Assembly: GCA_003554865.1 (NCBI GenBank)
Contig: PWHJ01000050.1
Location: 38,981-102,980, forward strand
Direction of reading: 5' to 3'
DNA from: Bacteroidota bacterium
Lineage (GTDB): Bacteria; Bacteroidota; Bacteroidia; Bacteroidales; PUMT01
Length of the DNA stretch: 64,000 bases
Each line of letters begins with the position of its first letter. The stretch's first letter is position 1. Shown in pieces: positions 11,747-22,231 of this stretch. A model generated the notes under the pieces. The model did no database searches. It saw only the letters and a list, made by a program, of their open reading frames with translations, and was not told the origin of the DNA. Position numbers and translations under genes: made by a program.

Positions 11747-12607
11747 ATGAGACAACTAAAAATTACAAAGTCTATTACCAACCGCGACAGCGAATCACTG
11801 GAAAAATACCTTCAGGAGATTGGCAAGGAGGAGCTGATAAGTGCGGAAGACGAGGTTGAGCTGGCGAGGCGAATCAGGAAAGGCGACCGTGCAGCACTTG
11901 AAAAACTCACCAGGGCCAATCTAAGGTTCGTTGTGTCTGTAGCAAAGCAATACCAGAATCAGGGACTAAGTCTGCCCGACCTTATTAATGAAGGCAACCT
12001 GGGATTGATCAAGGCTGCTGAAAAGTTTGATGAGACAAGGGGATTTAAATTCATCTCCTACGCGGTATGGTGGATCAGGCAATCCATTCTCCAGGCACTG
12101 GCAGAGCAGTCAAGGATCATACGCCTGCCTCTTAATCAGGTGGGTTCTCTTAACAAGATCAACAAGGCTTTTTCACAGTTTGAACAGGAAAATGAAAGAG
12201 CTCCTTCTCCGGAAGAGCTTGCAAATATACTTGACCTTCCCGGTGATAAGGTAGCCGATACCCTGCGTGTTGCAGGCCGCCATTCTTCGGTTGACGCACC
12301 TTTTAGTGACAAAGAAGATAACAGCCTTCTCGATGTTCTCGTTAACAGTGATTCTCCGCCTGCTGATAAAACTTTGCTCAACGAATCTCTTAAAAAGGAA
12401 ATAGAACGCGCTCTTTCAACCCTTACTGAAAGGGAAAGCGATATAGTCAGGTTTTTCTTTGGAATTGGTGTACAGGAGATGACACTTGAGGAGATAGGCG
12501 AACGTTTTGGCCTCACCAGGGAAAGAGTAAGACAGATAAAAGAGAAGGCTATCCGAAGATTACGTCACACATCACGCAGCAGGCAACTTAAAACTTTTCT
12601 CGGTTAA
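11747..12607 (+). CDS. rpoD: Primary RNA polymerase sigma factor (Bacteroidota short SigA/RpoD type)
   Basis: 286 aa. Region 2 ([27 protein letters not shown]) and region 4.2 ([18 protein letters not shown]) are present. Confidence 0.95.
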   Translation: MRQLKITKSITNRDSESLEKYLQEIGKEELISAEDEVELARRIRKGDRAALEKLTRANLRFVVSVAKQYQNQGLSLPDLINEGNLGLIKAAEKFDETRGFKFISYAVWWIRQSILQALAEQSRIIRLPLNQVGSLNKINKAFSQFEQENERAPSPEELANILDLPGDKVADTLRVAGRHSSVDAPFSDKEDNSLLDVLVNSDSPPADKTLLNESLKKEIERALSTLTERESDIVRFFFGIGVQEMTLEEIGERFGLTRERVRQIKEKAIRRLRHTSRSRQLKTFLG

Positions 12608-12739
12608 AGCCATGTAGCCCCCCGTAAAATCCCTGCAACAGCAAAACCTTTTTAAACCGGTTCCCCGGTATGAGGTTTTATTGGATTTTAATGTTATATT
12701 GCCCTCCGGTATATTTATTCTTATCTTAAAATTTAACTC

Positions 12740-14371
12740 ATGCAAAAATTTTCAGTATGTGTCGCAGTTGTCATTATTGCGTCATTTTTTCCGTTTTCTT
12801 GTATCTACGGCCAAAGTGGCTATACAGATCACAATGATCTTTCGGTTCGCTTGCAGGATCTTGCAGGGGAATATCCTGAACTGGCAAGTTTGGAAACGCT
12901 TGACCAGACTGATGGGGGGAAAGAGATATGGCTGCTGTCAATCGGTGAGGGTGAGCTGGAAAACCGCCCGGCTATTGCTGTTGTGGGCGGGATATCGGCA
13001 GATCATCCCATAGGAACAGAGCTTGCACTTTTGTTTGCCGAAAAGATTCTGAAAAATTCAGAGAGGGAGGATGTTAATGAATTGCTCTCCCGGTCGGCAT
13101 TTTACGTTTTTCCCGACATGAACCCTGATGCCAGGGCACAGTTCTTTGACCCTTTGCGTTATGAGCGTACAGGGAATGATTATCCCGTGGAGTCTGTAGA
13201 AAGGGACTCCCGTCTGGGTGAGGATCCCTACACCGATTTGAACGGTGATGGTATGATAACCCTTATGAGGATTGAGGATCCTGCGGGCGACTGGATACCT
13301 CACCCGGAGGACGAAAGGGTTATGGTCAGGGCTTCATATGAAAAAAGGGAAACGGGTAACTACAAGGTCCTTGCAGAAGGTGTTGACAAGGATTTGTATG
13401 ATCTTTTCAATATGCACAGGGAAGGTATGGTCGATTTCAACAGGAATTTCACCTTCGATTATCCGGCCTTTACTCCAAGGGCAGGGGAGCATGCGGTATC
13501 GGAAACCGAAACGAGGGCTATAGCTGACTTTTTATTCGGTGCAAAAAATGTATTTGCCGTTGTCGGATTCGGACCGGCCGACAACCTTTCCGAGCCTCTT
13601 GCATACAACGAGAGGGCTGCTTCCGGGCGTATGGTGACCGGCATTCTTGAAGGCGATGTACCTGTTAACCGCTTGGTGTCAAATAAGTACAATGAAATTA
13701 CCGGCGGGGAAAATGGAGGCCGTATAAGCGGCAGTGAAGGTGATTTTTTCCAGTGGGCTTATTTTCATTACGGCCGCTTCAGCTTCAGCACTCCGGGATG
13801 GCATGTGCCTCAGATATCTTCACAGGATGAAAGGGGAGGTGAACAGCTCAGTTTTCTGAGATGGGCTGAAGAGGAGGATTTGGAGAATGTCTTTGTGCCG
13901 TGGCAACAGGTGGATCATCCCGATTATCCCGACCGCAAGGTTGAGGTGGGAGGTATAGCTCCGTTTGTTATGAAGAATCCCCCCTACAGATTTGTTGAAA
14001 AAACCGCCGGGGATCACTATCGCTTTTTGCTTGAGCTGGCAAAAATGAGACCGGTTATTGATATAACAAACGTAAAAACCGAATCCCTTGGAAGTGATCT
14101 TCACCGTATCACTGCCGAAATAACCAACACAGGTACCTTCCCTACGGTTACCGAACTGGGTGAGCGTGTCAGGTGGGTGCAGAAAACGGTTGTAAACTTT
14201 GATCCCGAAAATGACCAGGAGCTTGTCAGCGGCAAACGCATAGAGGTGCTTGACCGTATTGAAGGAAAAAGCGGATATGAGTGCAGCTGGCTTGTAAGGG
14301 GGAGTGGTACTGTCAACATCAGAGCCGGGGCTGAAAGCACCGGCTTCAAACAAATAGATATAAATCTTTAA
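12740..14371 (+). CDS. M14 carboxypeptidase-like protein, zinc-binding HxxE motif not conserved
   Basis: 543 aa with a signal peptide. It aligns with the downstream paralog, but carries GGISADHPIGTE where the paralog has GNIHANEIQGTE. Confidence 0.7.
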   Translation: MQKFSVCVAVVIIASFFPFSCIYGQSGYTDHNDLSVRLQDLAGEYPELASLETLDQTDGGKEIWLLSIGEGELENRPAIAVVGGISADHPIGTELALLFAEKILKNSEREDVNELLSRSAFYVFPDMNPDARAQFFDPLRYERTGNDYPVESVERDSRLGEDPYTDLNGDGMITLMRIEDPAGDWIPHPEDERVMVRASYEKRETGNYKVLAEGVDKDLYDLFNMHREGMVDFNRNFTFDYPAFTPRAGEHAVSETETRAIADFLFGAKNVFAVVGFGPADNLSEPLAYNERAASGRMVTGILEGDVPVNRLVSNKYNEITGGENGGRISGSEGDFFQWAYFHYGRFSFSTPGWHVPQISSQDERGGEQLSFLRWAEEEDLENVFVPWQQVDHPDYPDRKVEVGGIAPFVMKNPPYRFVEKTAGDHYRFLLELAKMRPVIDITNVKTESLGSDLHRITAEITNTGTFPTVTELGERVRWVQKTVVNFDPENDQELVSGKRIEVLDRIEGKSGYECSWLVRGSGTVNIRAGAESTGFKQIDINL

Positions 14372-14382
14372 ATCAGGAATAA

Positions 14383-16146
14383 ATGAAGTGTATTAATATT
14401 AAAAAGATATATCTGCTGCCGCTGGTATTTATAATGACCGCCGCTTTTTCCCTGAGCTCAGACGCTTTCGGCCAGTCGGTCGACCAAATTTACAAGGCAG
14501 CGGGAACCCCGGCCACCCCAAAGGTGGAGGTCCACTGGAACCGTTATTACGATTTCGGGGGTGTAACGGAGATATGCCGCAAGCTGGCAGAAGCGCATCC
14601 TTCACTGGCTACCCTTGAATCTATAGGGGAGTCATACGAGGGCCGTGAGATATGGCTCCTTACAATAACAAATCTTGATAACAAGCCCCACAGGGAGAAG
14701 CCCGGTTTCTGGATAGACGGGAATATACATGCCAATGAGATACAGGGAACCGAAATAGCGCTCTATACTGCGTGGTATCTTCTTGAAAATTACGGCAAGA
14801 ATGAGTTTATCACCAACCTTCTGGATGAAAAGGTTTTCTATATAGCTCCCACGATAAATCCTGACGGCAGGGATAATCATATGTACGAGCCAAATACGGG
14901 CAGCTCGCCACGCAGCGGTACCATCCCTCTCGATGATACGGGCGACGGTGTTGCGGCAGGCGACCCTTATGATGATTTGAACGATGACGGGCATATTACC
15001 CAAATGCGCAGGCGAACGCCGCTTGGCCAGTACAGGGAGTGTCCCGAAGATCCCCGCCGCATGGTTCGTGTCGGACCGGGTGAACGGGGTGAGTTCGAGC
15101 TGCTTGGCCTGGAGGGAAAGGACAGCAATCTGGATGGCCGGGTCAATTCAGACGGTATCGGCAGGTATGACCCTAACCGCGACTGGGGATGGAACTGGCA
15201 GCCCGATCATATTCAGAGGGGTGCGTACCACTATCCCTTTGCACTTCCTGAAAACAGGGCGGTAAGGGATTTTGTGGTTGCACATCCCAACATTGCCGGT
15301 GCACAGACATATCACAATATGGGCGGGATGATATTGCGCGGACCCGGTACCAGCGAAGATGAGCAGAATATGACCTTCAGCGACAGAAATGTATACGATG
15401 CTCTCGGGGAGCTGGGCGACAAGCTGCTGCCCGGATACCGCTATCTTGTTCTTTTTGAGGATCTCTATTCGGTATATGGCGGACAAATAGACTGGTTCCA
15501 TTTTGGCAGGGGCATATATACTTTCACGAATGAGCTTTTCACAAGGTATCTTTATTTTTATGAGCAGTATGAGGACAGAGAAGAGGCGGGTAAAGCACCT
15601 TATCAGTTCGACAAACACCTGCTTTTCGAAGATGCTTTCGTTCCGTGGGAGGAGTATGACCATCCGCAGTTCGGAAAGATTGAAATAGGAGGGTTCAAGA
15701 AAAATTTCGGCCGCGTTCACCCCGGTTTTCTTCTCGAGACCGATGCTCACAGGAATATGGCATTTACGCTTTTTCATGCATACCATACACCGCAGCTGGA
15801 AATTCACGAGGTTGATGTAAAGGATAAGGGCGGGGGACTTAAGGAGATAACAGCCGTAATTGCCAACAGCAGGATCATTCCCACGCATTCGGGGATCGAT
15901 TTGAGTCGTAATATCGAAAGGCCCAACTATATAGCCCTGGAGGGAGGAGAAGTACTTGCCGGCATGAGGGTTTTGAACCGTGATTTAAATGTAATAGAGG
16001 AGCAAAAAACAGACTCTGATGTTATTGAAATAGATAATATTCCCGGAATGGGCCATGTAATTGTCAGATGGATAGTTGAAGGCGGACGGGGATATACCAT
16101 AGAGGTTGACAGTGCAAAAGGAGGGGTTGTGAGGAAAGATTTTTAG
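14383..16146 (+). CDS. M14-family zinc carboxypeptidase
   Basis: 587 aa with a signal peptide. It has a canonical HxxE (IHANEIQGTE) and a later HNMGG block. Confidence 0.8.
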   Translation: MKCINIKKIYLLPLVFIMTAAFSLSSDAFGQSVDQIYKAAGTPATPKVEVHWNRYYDFGGVTEICRKLAEAHPSLATLESIGESYEGREIWLLTITNLDNKPHREKPGFWIDGNIHANEIQGTEIALYTAWYLLENYGKNEFITNLLDEKVFYIAPTINPDGRDNHMYEPNTGSSPRSGTIPLDDTGDGVAAGDPYDDLNDDGHITQMRRRTPLGQYRECPEDPRRMVRVGPGERGEFELLGLEGKDSNLDGRVNSDGIGRYDPNRDWGWNWQPDHIQRGAYHYPFALPENRAVRDFVVAHPNIAGAQTYHNMGGMILRGPGTSEDEQNMTFSDRNVYDALGELGDKLLPGYRYLVLFEDLYSVYGGQIDWFHFGRGIYTFTNELFTRYLYFYEQYEDREEAGKAPYQFDKHLLFEDAFVPWEEYDHPQFGKIEIGGFKKNFGRVHPGFLLETDAHRNMAFTLFHAYHTPQLEIHEVDVKDKGGGLKEITAVIANSRIIPTHSGIDLSRNIERPNYIALEGGEVLAGMRVLNRDLNVIEEQKTDSDVIEIDNIPGMGHVIVRWIVEGGRGYTIEVDSAKGGVVRKDF

Positions 16147-16186
16147 TCTCCCTACAAAATAAAACAGCCCGCTGAAGATAAAACGG

Positions 16187-16227
16187 CCCGGCCCTTTACC
16201 TCAAGCGGTAAAGGGCCGGGCTTTCTT
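16187..16227. terminator. Bidirectional rho-independent terminator
   Basis: Perfect 14-bp stem CCCGGCCCTTTACC / GGTAAAGGGCCGGG with a 6-nt loop. T-rich tracts follow on both strands, between convergent genes. Confidence 0.8.
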
Positions 16228-16326
16228 ATTGTCTTCCGTCTCGCTTTATTTTAATACTTACATTATTTTGTTTGCCAAAGGCTTATGGGTGTACGGGAAA
16301 ATTTTGTTTTTTTGAACTTGCAGGCT

Positions 16327-16716
16327 TTATTCTTCCACCGGAACGGCAACCATTTTGAAAGGCACCTTCAGTATGGAAGCGTAATCTTCGCCTGACTCCA
16401 GCATCTCATAATCATCTTTTTCATAGTACCAGTGAATTGCTACCGGATTTCCGTCAAGGTGGTAAGTTTCAAGTGTTTTGAAAATTCCGAAAAGGTAGCG
16501 GGAGGTGCTGGTATTGAAATATTCAAGATTTACATGCAGGTTTGTTTCTTCTTTGCGGGACTCACTTGTATACTCTTCAAGCCACTTTAAAATCGGCTCG
16601 TAGAATTTTACAGTATCTTCCGGGATTGACCGCCCCTCGAAAAACAGCTCCTGTTTTTGGGGATCAAGTGTTACAGCCGGTGTTTTTTTTTCTCCTTTTA
16701 TGTTTAATTTCTCCAT
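16327..16716 (-). CDS. DUF1987 / SiaC-like small regulatory protein
   Basis: 129 aa. The family-typical N-terminus is I.GEKKTPAVTLDPQKQELFFEGRSIPEDTVKFYEPILKWLEEY. Confidence 0.7.
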   Translation of the reverse strand: MEKLNIKGEKKTPAVTLDPQKQELFFEGRSIPEDTVKFYEPILKWLEEYTSESRKEETNLHVNLEYFNTSTSRYLFGIFKTLETYHLDGNPVAIHWYYEKDDYEMLESGEDYASILKVPFKMVAVPVEE

Positions 16717-16882
16717 CGTTTTGTCAATATCACGGGCACTTAATTAAACCGGATTTGGTCGAACAAGGTTTCTTTAATTAAAGAAAATTTTTTTACTAAG
16801 CTAATAATATTTTTTTTAAATTGAAAAAATATCGTAAAAATCAATTGGTTAACTTTTTAAAGGATTGTAAACTGAGACTGTT

Positions 16883-18895
16883 TTAATTGTCTTCGGCGTT
16901 CTGTTTTTTCAGCATCTTTTCAAGCTCAGACAGTTCGTCCCTGTAACGGGCAGCTTCAAGAAAGTTCAGCTGCGATGCGGCCTTTTCCATATTATTCCTG
17001 GCCGCCTCTATTGCCTCCTTCAGCTCTTTGCCGCTCATATACCCGATTACCGGGTCGGCTGCAACGCTAAAGCTTTCCGGCTCGCTGTAGGCTTTTTCAC
17101 CTTGTGCCTCAATAATTGAGCTTCTGGTGGATTTCACAGGGGAAGGTTCTATGTTGTGCCTTTTGTTATAGGCAAGCTGTTTTTCCCTGCGGCTGTGTGT
17201 ATCGTCTATGGCTTTACGCATTGATCCGGTAACTGTATTGGCATACATTATCACCCTTCCCTTAACGTGCCTTGCAGCTCTTCCGGATGTTTGTGTAAGT
17301 GAGCGTGAAGAACGCAGGAACCCCTCCTTGTCTGCATCCAGGATTGCTACAAGGGAAACCTCCGGCAGATCGAGTCCTTCGCGAAGCAGGTTTACCCCCA
17401 CAAGTACGTCAAAATCCCCTTTCCGCAATCCCTCCATTATTTCTATCCTCTCAATGGTGTCAATGTCCGAGTGAATGTAACGGCAGGAGATATCGATGCG
17501 TTCAAGGTATTTTGTCAGCTCCTCCGCCATTCTTTTGGTCAGGGTTGTAACCAGCACCCTTTCCTTCCGGGCTGCGCACCCGTTTATCTCGCTTATAAGG
17601 TTATCTACCTGGTTTTTGGCCGGCCTTACCTCAACTGAAGGCTCCAGAAGTCCGGTCGGCCTTATTATCTGCTCTACTATCTCACCGCCGCTTTTTTCAG
17701 TTTCGTATTCGGCCGGTGTTGCACTCATAAAGATGGTTTGTCCGGCCAGCATTTCAAATTCTTCGAATTTGAGCGGCCGGTTGTCAATTGCCGCCGGCAG
17801 TCTGAAGCCGTAATCCACAAGGTTCTTTTTCCGCGAATAGTCGCCCCCGTACATTGCCCTGATCTGGGGGATTGTAACATGGCTTTCGTCAATTACCATC
17901 AGGTAGTCGTCCGGGAAATAATCCAGCAGGCAGAATGGGCGGGAGCCCGGACTGCGTCCGTCGAAATAGCGTGAGTAATTTTCTATTCCGGAGCAGTAGC
18001 CGAGCTCACTTATCATTTCCAGATCATATTCCACTTTTTGCTGAAGCCGGTTTGCCTCGGTCTCTTTCTTTTCATCAAGGAGCTCGTTGACCCGGTCTGT
18101 AAGGTCGTCCTGTATATCCTTTATGGCTTTTTGCATCCTCTCTTTTGTCGTTATAAAAATATTTGCGGGATAAATGTTTATCTCATCCGGCCGGCTTATG
18201 GTTTCCCCGCTTAATGGACAGAAAGTTGAGATCTCCTCTATTTCGTCCCCCCAGAAAACTATCCTGCATGCGATATCCCCGTAGGCAAGGAATACATCGA
18301 TCGTGTCGCCTCTAACCCTGAAATTCCCGTGCCTGAAATCGTGTTCGCTCCGCGAGTAGAGACTGTCGACCAGCCTGCGCAAAAGACGGTTGCGCCCGGC
18401 AATCTGGCCTGTTTTCAGGGAAATGACATTGCTGTGAAAATCTTCCGGATTGCCCATTCCGTAAAGGCATGAAACCGAAGATACAACTATCACGTCCCTG
18501 CGCCCCGACAGCAGGGATGATGTGGCGCTCAGCCTCAGTTTTTCTATCTCCTCGTTGATCGAGAGATCCTTTTCTATATAGGTGTCAGTTACCGGAAGAT
18601 ACGCTTCCGGCTGATAATAATCGTAGTAGGATACGAAGTATTCCACGGCATTGTCCGGGAAGAAATGCCTGAATTCACTGTAAAGTTGTGCGGCGAGTGT
18701 TTTATTGTGACTCAGAACAAGTGTGGGGCGCCGGAGATTTTCTATAACATTGGCTATGGTGAACGTCTTTCCCGAGCCTGTAACCCCCAGCAAAGTCTGG
18801 TACTTTTTCCCCTTTTCAACTCCTTCGGTCAGTCTTTTTATTGCCTCCGGCTGATCTCCGGTAGGCACATAGCTGGATGCTATTTTAAATCCCAT
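16883..18895 (-). CDS. uvrB: Excinuclease ABC subunit B
   Basis: 670 aa. It has Walker A (GVTGSGKTF), a DESH box, helicase motifs, and a C-terminal UVR domain (LNFLEAARYRDEL). Confidence 0.97.
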   Translation of the reverse strand: MGFKIASSYVPTGDQPEAIKRLTEGVEKGKKYQTLLGVTGSGKTFTIANVIENLRRPTLVLSHNKTLAAQLYSEFRHFFPDNAVEYFVSYYDYYQPEAYLPVTDTYIEKDLSINEEIEKLRLSATSSLLSGRRDVIVVSSVSCLYGMGNPEDFHSNVISLKTGQIAGRNRLLRRLVDSLYSRSEHDFRHGNFRVRGDTIDVFLAYGDIACRIVFWGDEIEEISTFCPLSGETISRPDEINIYPANIFITTKERMQKAIKDIQDDLTDRVNELLDEKKETEANRLQQKVEYDLEMISELGYCSGIENYSRYFDGRSPGSRPFCLLDYFPDDYLMVIDESHVTIPQIRAMYGGDYSRKKNLVDYGFRLPAAIDNRPLKFEEFEMLAGQTIFMSATPAEYETEKSGGEIVEQIIRPTGLLEPSVEVRPAKNQVDNLISEINGCAARKERVLVTTLTKRMAEELTKYLERIDISCRYIHSDIDTIERIEIMEGLRKGDFDVLVGVNLLREGLDLPEVSLVAILDADKEGFLRSSRSLTQTSGRAARHVKGRVIMYANTVTGSMRKAIDDTHSRREKQLAYNKRHNIEPSPVKSTRSSIIEAQGEKAYSEPESFSVAADPVIGYMSGKELKEAIEAARNNMEKAASQLNFLEAARYRDELSELEKMLKKQNAEDN

Positions 18896-18995
18896 AATCA
18901 GGCTTGCGTTGGCTTAGTTTATTATTTGCATGAGGAATGTGATATAATAATTTAAAACTTTTATTTTTGAAGTTTATTATACAAAAAAGCTGAGT

Positions 18996-19727
18996 GTGTA
19001 TACCGGATCTCATTTTGCCGCTTCACTTGGAGAAGCCCTTCATTCATCCTGGAAGGATTTTTTATATGACCCGCAGGTTTCATCAAATCTCCTTTCGGCA
19101 GAATCGCAGGCACTGTCAGGGAATTTCACTCCCGACCCGGGGAGGGTTTTGCGTTTTATGACTCTTCCCCTTGGGGAAATGAAGGTTATTGTTCTCGGAC
19201 AGGATCCTTATCCCACGAAGGGAGTGGCTACCGGGAGAGCTTTTGAGGTGGGCGGACTGAAACTGTGGTCGCAGCCCTTCAGAAATGTTTCCCTGAAAAA
19301 TATTCTGAGGGGTGTGTACAGTTCTTATAAAGGTTTTGTCACCTCTTACTCCGGTGTGATAAACGATCCCTCGTTCCCGGTTCCGCCTCCCGGCACCCTT
19401 TTTGATATGTGGGAAAGGCAGGGTGTAATGCTGCTGAACACATCTTTTACATGTGAAATCGGCAGGCCCGGTGCGCATGCCGGTGCATGGAAAAATTTTA
19501 CCGCATTGCTGCTGCGCTACATTGCTGGTGAAAACCCCGGACTTGTCTGGCTGCTGTGGGGAAACCACGCGCGCAGGGCGACCGCTGGCATCACCATAAA
19601 AAACAGGCTGGAATCGATGCACCCGATGATGTGTTATCCCGGTCCGGGCAGGGAGACCGACTTTTTATTCGGCAATCTCAACCATTTTCATGAAACCCGC
19701 CGCCTGATAAACTGGGCTGGTTTGTGA
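18996..19727 (+). CDS. Uracil-DNA glycosylase superfamily protein (divergent family-1-like)
   Basis: 243 aa with a GTG start. Motif A is VLGQDPYPTKGVATGRAFEV (compare UNG GQDPYHGPGQAHGLAF). A C-terminal HP motif is present (SMHPMM). Confidence 0.65.
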   Translation: MYTGSHFAASLGEALHSSWKDFLYDPQVSSNLLSAESQALSGNFTPDPGRVLRFMTLPLGEMKVIVLGQDPYPTKGVATGRAFEVGGLKLWSQPFRNVSLKNILRGVYSSYKGFVTSYSGVINDPSFPVPPPGTLFDMWERQGVMLLNTSFTCEIGRPGAHAGAWKNFTALLLRYIAGENPGLVWLLWGNHARRATAGITIKNRLESMHPMMCYPGPGRETDFLFGNLNHFHETRRLINWAGL

Positions 19728-19731
19728 ATTC

Positions 19732-19827
19732 TCAGTTTTCCGTACTGCCTTCCAGCTCGCTCATTATCTGCTCAATTGCCTTGTCAAGCTGAGGCTCCCG
19801 TCCCCTGAGGCGGTCATCAAAATCCAT
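19732..19827 (-). CDS. Possible 31-aa small ORF (MDFDDRLRGREPQLDKAIEQIMSELEGSTEN)
   Basis: I translated this by hand; it is below the ORF-track cutoff. It is ATG-initiated, on the same strand as and just downstream of the 233-aa gene. I recognise no homology. Confidence 0.2.
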   Translation of the reverse strand: MDFDDRLRGREPQLDKAIEQIMSELEGSTEN

Positions 19828-19891
19828 TCCTACATGAATATGGTTTAATTAATAAGTATTTAAGGGCAGGACATAGGTTTCTGATACAATA

Positions 19892-20593
19892 TTAATCCTT
19901 GTTTTCCTCCAGCACATCATCCGAGTTGAACTGGAATCCCAGCCTTTTTCCGGTCTGCATTTTTGATGTTTCAAATTTTTTGTTCATCTGGGCAACCGAG
20001 GTTATTTTAACATTGTCGTAGGGAGGCACCAGCAGGTCAAACTCAAGAGAGTATAAAACCGATGTGTTGATTATCTGCCTTAGTGCACCCGAGTTAATGG
20101 CTGCTTTGCCGAAATCCTTGTAGAGATATTTTTTCTGGCGTTTACCCTCAACAAAAAAGCTGTAGTCTTTGTTTACGAATATGCGCGATATGAGATACCC
20201 CAGGTCATCAACACGGTTGTACTTGAAAGAATCGGCAAGGAAGTTGTAAACATTGATTATTCCGCAGTAGCTGTTAATATGATTTTCACTGACGTAGGGC
20301 ATTTCCCAGATAATATGGTTACGGTCAAATTCAAATATATTTGAGTGCATGCTGAAAATTAGGATGTCTCCGGCAATTTTAAGCTCTGCCTCAAACTTCC
20401 CCCTGTCACGGTAATCAATAAGTACCCTGTTGTCTGACCCTTTAAGTGATTCATTGTAATTTTCTGCAATTTCCTGCAGGATTTTCTTCAGCATCTCAAA
20501 CACCTCAAGTGTATTGTCGTATACTATTTGCTTTGTGGCTGCTTTTTCACCCAGAATTTTTATTATGCGTTGTTTTTGTTCTTCGGGCATCAT
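19892..20593 (-). CDS. Conserved hypothetical protein
   Basis: 233-aa ORF, 15 nt downstream of proS on the same strand. It has coding-like composition and no motif I recognise. Confidence 0.6.
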   Translation of the reverse strand: MMPEEQKQRIIKILGEKAATKQIVYDNTLEVFEMLKKILQEIAENYNESLKGSDNRVLIDYRDRGKFEAELKIAGDILIFSMHSNIFEFDRNHIIWEMPYVSENHINSYCGIINVYNFLADSFKYNRVDDLGYLISRIFVNKDYSFFVEGKRQKKYLYKDFGKAAINSGALRQIINTSVLYSLEFDLLVPPYDNVKITSVAQMNKKFETSKMQTGKRLGFQFNSDDVLEENKD

Positions 20594-20608
20594 TTTTTAA
20601 AGGTTTTA

Positions 20609-22084
20609 TTAATAGGCTCTTGCAAAAAGCACTTTTTTACGGGAGGGATTACCTGTTACTATGCATTTACCTTCTTCTTTTTCCGGAGTGATGGGTATAC
20701 ACCGTATTGTAGCTTTAGTGTCGTTCTTGATGCGCTCCTCTGTTTCAGCTGTGCCGTCCCAGTGAGCAAGTACAAAGCCGCCCCTGTTGTTTATAATATC
20801 CCTGAACTCCTCGTATGTGCCGGCAGTAAAGGTGTTTTCCTCCTTGAACCGGAGTGCTCTTGTGTACATATTCTCCTGTATTTCATCAAGGAATTTCTCC
20901 ACAATATTTTCGACCTGGTCGGCCGGATAAGTCGATTTTTCCATTGTGTCTCTGCGTGTCAGCTCAACCGTGGCATTTTCAATGTCGCGCGGGCCCAGGG
21001 CAAGCCTAACAGGAACGCCTTTCAGCTCATATTCGGCAAACTTCCAGCCAGGTTTTTGAGTATCCCGGTCGTCATACTTGACCGAAAAACCACGTTCCTC
21101 AAGCCTTTTTTTCAGTTCCCGGGCCTTTTCGGTTATGCGGCCAAGCTCTTCCTCCTTCTTGTATATGGGAATTATTACCACCTGCACGGGGGCAAGTTTG
21201 GGAGGGAGGATCAGACCGTTGTCATCCGAATGGGCCATTATCAGTGCCCCCATCAGTCTGGTCGACACCCCCCATGATGTTGCCCATACATGGTCGAGTA
21301 CTCCTTCTTTGTTTGTGAAAGTTACATCAAAAGCTTTTGCAAAGTTCTGGCCGAGGAAATGGGAGGTGCCCGCCTGCAGAGCTTTACCGTCCTGCATCAA
21401 AGCTTCAATGCAATAGCTTTCAACCGCTCCGGCAAACCTTTCACTGGGTGATTTTGTCCCTTTTTCAACCGGCATTGCCATCCATTTTGTAGCAAAATCG
21501 GAGTAGACATTGATCATTTTTTTTGTCTCCTCAATAGCCTCCTCTTTTGTTGCATGGGCTGTGTGTCCTTCCTGCCAGAGGAATTCCGCCGTTCTTAAAA
21601 AAAGCCTTGTGCGCATTTCCCATCTGACAACGTTTGACCACTGGTTCAGTAGAATAGGCAGGTCGCGGTAGGACTGTATCCAGTTCTTGTAAGTGTTCCA
21701 TATTATTGTTTCGGATGTTGGCCTGACGATCAATTCTTCTTCCAGTTTCGCGCTCTCGTCTACAACAATGTCCTTGCCGTCCGGGGAGTTTTTCAGGCGG
21801 TAATGGGTGACTACGGCACACTCTTTGGCAAATCCTTCAACATGAGCCGCTTCCCTGTTGAAAAAAGATTTGGGTATAAAAAGAGGAAAATAGGCGTTGG
21901 AATGGCCTGTTTCCTTAAACATTCCATCAAGTGCAGCCTGCATTTTTTCCCATATGGCATACCCGTATGGTTTTATTACCATGCATCCGCGCACGGGCGA
22001 GTTTTCGGCAAGATCGGCTTTGATTACCAAATCGTTATACCATTGAGCATAATTTTCTTTTCTGCTGGTTAAAACTTTGGCCAT
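20609..22084 (-). CDS. proS: Proline--tRNA ligase (archaeal/eukaryote-like type)
   Basis: 491 aa. It has class II aaRS motifs and the typical N-terminus ([18 protein letters not shown]), with a C-terminal zinc-binding-like domain. Confidence 0.95.
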   Translation of the reverse strand: MAKVLTSRKENYAQWYNDLVIKADLAENSPVRGCMVIKPYGYAIWEKMQAALDGMFKETGHSNAYFPLFIPKSFFNREAAHVEGFAKECAVVTHYRLKNSPDGKDIVVDESAKLEEELIVRPTSETIIWNTYKNWIQSYRDLPILLNQWSNVVRWEMRTRLFLRTAEFLWQEGHTAHATKEEAIEETKKMINVYSDFATKWMAMPVEKGTKSPSERFAGAVESYCIEALMQDGKALQAGTSHFLGQNFAKAFDVTFTNKEGVLDHVWATSWGVSTRLMGALIMAHSDDNGLILPPKLAPVQVVIIPIYKKEEELGRITEKARELKKRLEERGFSVKYDDRDTQKPGWKFAEYELKGVPVRLALGPRDIENATVELTRRDTMEKSTYPADQVENIVEKFLDEIQENMYTRALRFKEENTFTAGTYEEFRDIINNRGGFVLAHWDGTAETEERIKNDTKATIRCIPITPEKEEGKCIVTGNPSRKKVLFARAY

Positions 22085-22231
22085 AATTCTTGGTTGGTAT
22101 AATTTTTGTTATTATATTTATAGGACAATAAAATGTAAAATAAGCTGGTTTTATATATAAAAAGCAATAAATGTAAAAAACAGCTGCAAATTAAACAAAA
22201 TAATAATTAAAATAACAATCGGGAGGTTATC

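Noticed and set aside
12681-13013. 110-aa ORF overlapping the start of the first M14 gene
   Set aside because: It is in a different frame from the 543-aa ORF, which starts with a proper signal peptide and continues with M14 homology. It has no features of its own.
20528-21277. 249-aa ORF on the plus strand
   Set aside because: It lies entirely antisense to proS, which has unmistakable aaRS sequence. The product is hydrophobic and low-complexity with no motifs. The same reasoning applies to other long antisense or shadow ORFs: 5234..5926, 6491..7216, 13820..14353, 15148..15888, 28543..29070, 29139..29936, 33696..34334, 51527..52168, 52250..52894 and 55131..55643.
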